From assembly GCA_964016885.1 (NCBI GenBank), contig OZ024743.1:196912001-196976000 (forward strand): DNA of 64,000 nucleotides, written 5' to 3'. This document shows positions 55,888 to 64,000 of the stretch, one piece after another. Made by a program: the position numbers and the translations under genes. The notes under the pieces were generated by a model. The model saw only the letters and a program-made list of their open reading frames with translations, did no database searches and was not told the origin of the DNA. The DNA is from Eledone cirrhosa. Lineage: Eukaryota. Position 1 is the stretch's first letter. Each line of letters starts with the position of its first letter.

Positions 55888-58800
55888 TAATAATAATGAT
55901 AATAATAATAATAATGAAATTATTGTGTACAGTGCCCAGGTGCACTACAACTCACCAAAGGTGCATGTATAGTACATAGAATAATGTACAAATGTCAGGA
56001 AAATGAACAGTGTATGAGTCATGAAATACATGTGTATGGAGGGGGGATATCAGGTATAGCTTGGGCGAATCTCAGGAAGCATTGAGGTTTTAAAGGATGC
56101 AGTGTCTCGGCAGCTAACAACTGATGCAGGTAGTTTGTTCCATGCTTCAGCAACTCCGAGCGTGAAAAAGTGTTTCCGAAAGTCATGAGAACTGTACTGT
56201 TTTCTGATTTTGTTGGCATGCCCAAGTGTGTTAGACACATGGAAATCAAGAAGGTGCTCAGGGTTGTTGTTGGCAAGATGGTAATAATTTTGAGGGTGTT
56301 TACCAAGTCAGTTGCCAGACGTCGGAGCTTCAGTGTATCTATGCCCAGGGAAGCAAGGCATTCAGAGTATGGTAGATGCCTGATGGAGGGTATTCGCTTG
56401 GTTGCACATCTCTGAGCAGTTTCCAGGCGGTCAATGTTCTGAGCAAGATAAGAGTTCCAGACTGGTGATGCAAATACTAAGTGTGGTCGCACCATAGCTA
56501 TATACAGCTTTAAATAGATAGCTGGAGAGCGGCTGACAAAGGTCTTGCTGAGTGATGCTAAGACACCCTCGGCCTTCTTAACAATTTTAGAGAAGTGCTT
56601 CATCCAACGCAAATCGCTGCTGACAGTAATGCCCAGGTCACGTTCACAAGAAGACTTCTTGATATTAGTGTTGTGGAGGGAGTATGTGGATGCTGGGTTT
56701 TTACTCCCAAAATGCATGGTGGTACACTTGTTCACAGCCAACTTGAGTTGCCAGTCCGTGATCCATTGTTACATTGTGTGCAGGTCAGATTGCAGGAAAG
56801 ATCTATAGTGTTCAGGATCTGTCCTTTTTATCTCAAGGTACAGCTTGATGTCATCTGCATATTTCAGTACTGTGGCATTCTTTAAGTTGGCATCTATGTC
56901 ATTAATATATGCCACAAACCAAAGGGGGCCATGAACAGATCTCTGTGGTACACCAGATGACGTCTCATACGGTGAGGAATGCTGTCCTAGAACCGTGACT
57001 ACCTATCTTTGACTGAGAATGAAGCAGTTCAACCAGTCAAAAAGATCATCCCTCACACCCATTGCAGAGAGTTTTGCCATAAATCTTTTGGGTGGCACAG
57101 AATTGAAAGCTTTAGCAAAGTCAAGGTAAACAAAATCCACCCATGAGCCGCCATCAGTGATCTGAGTGAGGTCTTCAAGAAACTCGATAAGTTGATCACA
57201 GCAGTTGGAGTTAGGGATAAATCCAAATTGCGAGGGCCGGATAAGACTGTGAGAGTTCCAGAAGTTTCAAAGTGTTTCTCTGACACAGGATTCCATCAGT
57301 TTGGCAATGCAGCTAGTAAGACTGACTGGACGATAGTTGACAGGTGATGTGCAGTCACCCTTTTTGAACAGAGGAATGACACTGGCAGTTTTCCACTGCT
57401 CTGGAGTAGCACCATTGTTCAGACAGAATTGGAAGAAGCGTGATAGCTGGTGCAGAAGGAAGTACCCACCACGTTTAAGAAGCAGGTACGTAACAGCATC
57501 AAGACCAGGAGAGGCATGGTTGCGTTTATTTTTAAGGTGACGTCGCAGCATTGCAGGTGTAAATTCCATAGTTGTAATAGAATCCGATGTCAGAGGTGGT
57601 GGAGATGGTACACTCTGGTCTTTAACAGTGAAAATGCCTGCATACTGCATAGCATTCAGCAATGAGTTCTGCGCATTCCTTGGGGTCGTCAGTAACCTGG
57701 CTTGTGTGGGGATTGCGAAGAGCACCAACTAGAGAGTGAGGCCCCTGCTTTGAGTGAACATACTTCCAGAACACTGTCAGGGTTGGTTGCTATGCGCTGC
57801 TCAAATTCAAGCACTGCCTTTTTTGTCACCTGCTTCAGATGGTTGGATGATTTATTTCGCTTTTTCCTATTGATATCTGATTTATGTACTTTGTACTCAC
57901 GTTCAGCATTACAACGTTCTTTTCTGGCAAGACAGACTGCTGCAGTCTCCCAAATTGCATTTTTGGGTTATTTTTTCTGCTGACGTGGAACCGATGCTGT
58001 ACATGCTGTCCATATTGAGTTCAGGATGTTCTGGAGTACAGTGTTGACATCTCCAGAGTCGTAAAACTCAAGCCAGTTTGGACGCTGCAGCTCGGTGCAG
58101 TAGCAGTTCCAGTCTGCTTTATTCCAGTCAAAGTGAGCAGTATGGAGATGGTTGTGGTTTTTGTTATTGCCCATGAGGGACAGATTGGCAATGATCATAG
58201 CTTGATCAGAGTCACCTAAAGGTTCCTCAGTAGTAACACTAATAACCGTTTCAGGAGTAGTGGTAAAGAGCAGATCCAAAGTGTTGTCACCTCTTGTTGG
58301 GGAGGTGACTACTTGGGACCAGTTCGAGTCCAACACTAGCTCAAGGAAATCATTTGCACTTTGCAGCCAACGAAAGGTTTCCCAGTCAGTCTCAGGGTGA
58401 TTGAAGTCCCATGCAATAAAAACATAAGTGGCTGTTTTCCTGGCAGTAGCTCTGAGTATATCACAAAGTTGAGTGTCCTGATGGTAATTTGGGGGACGGT
58501 AAACGACTCCAAGTAGCAATGTTGACATGGTCATACATATATCGCAGAAAATACTTCTTGCTGCGATTGGTTCAAATCAACACAAGGAATTTCTGAAAAA
58601 TTTGACCGAACGTAGACCATTACGCCACCACTATGATGATTAATGAGGTCTTTACGAAACAAGTTGTAGTCAGTTATGCTGAAAACCCCATCATAGAGTA
58701 AGGAATGTGCCCATGTTTCCGTGACTGTAAGGAAGTCAGGGTCGATACTTTTAACGTAGGAATTAAAAAGATGTATCTTATTGCATAGACTACGTGCATT

Positions 58801-59545
58801 TACGGACAACAATTTGTACCTTGATTCCAGTCTATGATTATGTGCAGAGGATGGCAGGTTGTTCTGATTTAGTTTCCCAGAGTTTTTTCATTTTTTTTAT
58901 TGCCAGCTGTTGTGGGTAGAGTGTCTTCACACCAGCCGGTATCTCTTTTCCATGTTTCACCAGCCTTAATAAACTTCCATATCTGCCCATCATCACGTAG
59001 GCTGAAGCTTTCATGTTCTGCCGAGTTGCGGTTTAAGGAAGCTGCAGCACGCAGCTTTGGGCGGAGATCAGGTGAAAGACCAAGGCGTGTTCGGAATGCA
59101 ATCCGACTTTCACGCCTAGCTTTATCAGAGGCCAAAAGATATGAACGTGCCTCAGTTGAGTTCGAAAAAGACAGTCTAATTAGCCTGCATTTCGGACCTG
59201 GTCGGCCAAGGCATAGAGCACCCTTCGGGGGAGCACAGCCCAAGTCTTTGGATGAACTGGCAGCAAATGCCTGAAGATCAACTATGTCTTCCGGTACACC
59301 AATGGCAATCACTTTGTGGTTTACAGATTCAGTGGCATTCTCAATGCGCCTAGATTCGTTAAGAGGTACGCTGAGATTTTTTAACAAGGTACTCCGGTAA
59401 GATCCGTCATTGTGAGGTTCTACACGAACGCTTGATTTGATTCCTGCTATTTCTCAGCTTAAAGCGGAAATCATTTGCCGTATTTCCGTAAACTCCACAT
59501 TGACGGTCGATTTTTGTTGTTGAGTTGGAAAATTTATGGCAGTCA
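55888..59545 (-). mobile_element. Near full-length degraded CR1-like LINE, antisense in MED16 intron 2
   Basis: ORF1-like 58869-59387; APE (NARSL, TETW, VYRPP, DFNHP, TRGDNTLDL); RT (NYRPVSLTS, YLDFAKAF, SGVPQ, KYADD); (ATT)n tail. Confidence 0.92.
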
Positions 59546-61697
59546 TATATACACACATATAGTATGGTGGTGCTGCTGGTGACACAAGAAAGCATCCAGT
59601 ATACCCTGTTAGATGATCGTGCTGGTGCCATGATATAAAGCTCCCAGTTCACGCTGCAATAACGGTTGGCATTAGGAAGGGCATCGAGTTGTAGAAACCA
59701 ATCCCAAAAACAGATCCATGTGAGCAAGACATGGTCACCTGACCTGACTAGTCTTATAATGTGACATTCTAGGCTACTGTGAAAGATATTGTATACTTCA
59801 TAACAAGAAAGCTGGTTTCTTATAGCAAATGATGTGGAAATGAAGTAAATAAATGCTTGGAAAGATGATGTCCCCTCTCTTACTATAATGTTCTTTTTCT
59901 TAACAGTAAAGGACTTACATATCCTTGAACTAAATAAGAATAATGTAAATATAAAATTTCTCTCATGCTAAGTGAAGTAGCTACTTAAATGTTTGTGTTC
60001 AAACTTAAATAATTGCTAGAATATCTGCCACACCTCGACAAGCAACTGCAATAGTGGTCAGCATCATTTTCTGTCATATTATCTCCTGGGTCCAACTTGA
60101 CTTTACTTTTAGGTCTTGTATTTTATTGTTTCCTATGAACCTTCACCTCTGAACAACTTATGGAACCTGAAACAAACTCTTGATTGGCCTGCCACTTGTT
60201 ACGTTATCATAGGTCATTTCGTTGACCTCAATTATTGCATAATAAATCTACTCCCTTTATAAATATCATATTTACATATAAAAAATGTAGCTTTGAAGTA
60301 TTTCTTATTCTATGTATGTTTTTATTTGTCAAGCACAATTTCAGCTTATTTTATTCAATTATTTTCTTATTCTTAAGATTATATTTTATATTAAATCTCA
60401 AATTCACATCTTTTCAACTCTTACAAGATTTTTATTTTATTTTTTTCACAAACAGAGGTTGTTTATCACTGTACCAAAGACATTTATATCCATTTATTCT
60501 TTTTCTGGTTTCGGTCATTCAATTATGGCCATCCTGGGGCACTGACTCATATGAAGCCCAGTACTTATTTTTTTCAAGCTTGGCACTTATTTTATTGGCC
60601 TGTTTTTTGTTGATGCACTAAGTTATAGGACATAAAACCAGATACTGGCATAAACATAGACACGGGCACACACACACTGTAGAAACCATGTCACAAAGAG
60701 TCAAGAGGACCCTTCAGTTGTATCAACAGCATGACAACTTCTCTAGTGTTAGTGATCTACACAATAAACATACCCAGTACATGTTGTAATTTGGTTGATG
60801 AAAGGAAGAGCATCTGGCTGTAGAATGCTTGCCAAACAAAGGGCTGGGAGGACCCTTTAGTTATGTCAAAGACATGATGGCCTTCTTAGTGCTGGTGTCA
60901 CAATTGTCACTCGTAAAGCGTGGGATTGTATGCAAGCAAGATGCAGGTGTTCAGCCCATTTGAGGGTCTGTGGCTTTGCTTGAGTACTGACTTAGTTTGT
61001 GAAGACCTGTCCAATTCTCAGATTATATATAATATATATAATAATCATCATCATTGTTTTATATTTACTTCATAAGCTGGCATGTGTTAGACTGGTCATC
61101 ACAGTCCGAGACCAATCAATTTGGATTCCATACCTTGCTCAGATGTTACACATTTTAAACACGTGTGGTATTAATCTTTTACTTGAATTCCTTCTACTTT
61201 CACCAGTACAGTGTAGTTGTTTATTTCAATCTTGTTTCACACCAGCCTCATTCATTTTTATACACAGACTTTATTGTTGAAATCTTTAATGACGTTGTGA
61301 ATGCCATTTAGCTCAAAACATACCAACTTTTCCCTTCTTATCTCTTATCAGTTTCTAATCTGGGGTTCCCATAACCTTACTGGTATCATGCCAAATATAT
61401 ATATATGTATGTGTGTGTGTGTATTTATATATAAATATATACACACACACACATTCATGCCAACATGTAAAATGGATATTAACAATATGAGGATTATATA
61501 TACAGACACACACACATGAATATATACACATGCATACAAGACGACCACCATTTATGCTATGACTTTATTGTGTGACAACATATATTAATACTGCAAAATA
61601 ACCAAGCATTGCATATGTACGGAAATGAGTAAGTTAAGCTTATCTTTGGCTTTTTATACCAACAATTGATAAAAAAATAAATATATATACATACACA

Positions 61698-61973
61698 TCT
61701 ATATATCTAAAACAGAGAATGTCTGTCTGTCTGTCTGACTGACTCCCTAAAACCCAAGAACCACCTAACCAATGCCCTAGGGACTGCATTACGCGATTTA
61801 GCGATCTCTCTCTATAATTCTTAGTCTTTCTTTTGAGATAGATACATAGATATAACGTTGCGCCCTTATAATATGTCTGGCTGTCTGCCTTACGACATTA
61901 TGACGTCGCTATATGTGTGTGTCTGTATATATATGTATATATATATAGTGTGTGTGTATATATATATATATAC

Positions 61974-62004
<31 letters not shown>

Positions 62005-62425
62005 GTATATATATATATGTATATGTATTAAAATAAAAGTTTAAGCAAAGAATCGCTAGTTTCAGAAGATCCCGTTAAGGGTGAAAGCAGCGATTCTTTG
62101 CTATATGGGTATATATATATATATATATATATATAGTATGTAACGTTTTTCGAAATATTTACTTCTGCGTTCACAGATAGATTTTTTTAGTTTCAGAAGA
62201 TCCCGTTAAGGGTGAAAGCAGCGATTCTTTGCTTAAACTTTAATCTGTTATTTTAATATATATATATATATATATATAATTATATATTCGTGTACAGATA
62301 TTTTTGCATACACAACAAAATATAAACAAATGTATTTATTTCACGAGGCTCGACAAGGATAAATATGTATTAAATATATAAGAACCCTAGAGCAAACCCT
62401 GAGCAACGCCGGGCCATTCTGCTAG
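61698..62425 (+). mobile_element. Non-autonomous Helitron-like element containing Penelope-like hammerhead fragments
   Basis: A|TCTATATATCTAAAA...gtctgtctg 5' end; gagcaacgccgggccattctgCTAG|T 3' end. Confidence 0.7.
62189..62239 (+). ncRNA. Variant type I hammerhead ribozyme (same family as 25213-25264)
   Basis: AGTTT-CAGAAGA-T.CCC gttaa GGG.T-GAAA-GCA loop TGC-TT-AAACT; truncated copy at 62058-62103. Confidence 0.55.
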
Positions 62426-62432
62426 TATATAT

Positions 62433-63095
62433 ATCATCATCATCATCGTTTAACGTCCATGTTCCACGCTTGCATGGGTTTGGACGGGAGTTTTCCCACT
62501 TGAGGCAAGAGTGGTTGTCATTGCTCGCATAGGACTGTCTGGCGGGTTTTCTACAGCTGGATGCCCTTCCTAACACCAACCACATTTACAGTGTGGGGCT
62601 GGGAGGTTTTTACCGTGTTGCCTACACGGCCACATTACAGCGTAGACTGTGTGTTTTTTTGTCGTTTCACCTACACGATCTCATTTGTTTCGGCCTGGAT
62701 GTTGTGGCACCAACATAACTTTACATTGAATGGGGTGGGGGAGGTGGGACGGGGGTGTATTTTGTTAGAGATGCCTACTGACTGTAGTAGGTTTTACTTT
62801 GTATTTAGGTAAGGCGGGTCTTCTCTATTACTGAGTACCGCCAAAGCTCTCGGTCCAGTGACATTGTCTTGGAGAGGTGTAAGTGTGTGAGGTCGGAATT
62901 TATCAGCTCGTCCCAGGTTTTTCTGGGTCTGCCTACTCCGTGGCTACCGTCTATCTTTATTGCCCTGCACTTTGTTATACAGCTGTCGTCTTTCATGCGC
63001 ATCACGTGACCATACCAACGTAGCCTTCTCTCGAGTAAACAACATCTGATCCCTCTTATTTCTAATTTTTTCCTTAGTTCGTTTATGCTTTGCCG

Positions 63096-63100
<5 letters not shown>
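62433..63100 (-). mobile_element. 5'-truncated RTE (PHD family) copy
   Basis: Matches the 3' end of 41505-44879; another 3' end begins at ~63820. Confidence 0.93.
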
Positions 63101-63137
<37 letters not shown>

Positions 63138-63271
63138 AAGACAATTCATTTTCACCTGACGAGATCAGTGATAATCGATCATGGCCGCACGATCGATCTA
63201 TCTCTTATTGAAACATGTGTTGTGATTAAAATGATTGGAAATTTACACCATGCCTTCGGATCTTTATTTTG

Positions 63272-63454
63272 ATTATATATATATATATACATATATATAT
63301 ATAATAAAATATAATATGTATATATATATTATATTATATATATAATTAAATATAATATATATATATATATATTATATTATATATATAATAAAATATAATA
63401 TGTATATATATATTATATTATATATATAATTAAATATAATATATATATATATAT

Positions 63455-63493
<39 letters not shown>

Positions 63494-63573
63494 TATATAT
63501 ATAATATAATATATATATATTATAATTAAATATAATATATATATATATTATATTATATATATAATTAAATATA

Positions 63574-63604
<31 letters not shown>

Positions 63605-63688
63605 TATTATATATATATAATTAAATATAATATATATATATATATATTATATTATATATATAATTAAATATAATATATATATATATAT

Positions 63689-63729
<41 letters not shown>

Positions 63730-63820
63730 TATAATATATATATATATATTATATTATATATATAATTAAATATAATATATATATAATTAAATATAATATA
63801 TATATATATATATAATATAT
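63272..63820. repeat. Pure-AT minisatellite
   Basis: Repeats of ataattaaatataat(at)n. Confidence 0.95.
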
Positions 63821-64000
63821 CATCATCATTATCAACGTTTAACGTCCGTGTTCCACGCTTGCATGGGTTTGGACGGGGGTTTTCCCACTTGAGGCAAGAG
63901 TGGTTGTCTTGCTCGCATAGGACTGTCTGGCGGGTTTTCTACAGTTGGATGCCCTTCCTAACACCAACCACATTTACAGTGTGGGGCTGGGAGGTTTTTA
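63820..64000 (-). mobile_element. RTE 3' end (continues beyond the window)
   Basis: Matches 62433-62610. Confidence 0.9.

Overview
AT-rich, repeat-dominated animal genomic DNA. The tRNA-head SINE families, RTE LINEs and huge (TA)n/(TG)n tracts suggest an octopod cephalopod (inference). The only confidently recognised host gene is the 5' part of MED16 (coding exons 49421-49554 and 55148-55325, + strand). The rest is: a 3.3 kb deleted Ty3/Gypsy LTR element with a GAAG TSD; several RTE LINEs, two of them near full length and carrying a PHD finger inside the RT; an antisense CR1-like LINE in MED16 intron 2; mariner, piggyBac-like, Helitron and TIR MITE remnants; many SINEs; and a ~15 kb satellite/low-complexity block built from one TIR element family with telomere-like cores. 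Most notable: (i) at least four unrelated Penelope-like/retrozyme-like repeats with type I hammerhead ribozyme motifs in tandem and fold-back arrangements, three of which share the same atypical core; (ii) a TIR MITE carrying a perfect histone mRNA 3' stem-loop; (iii) an LTR that has absorbed a copy of its own primer-binding site.
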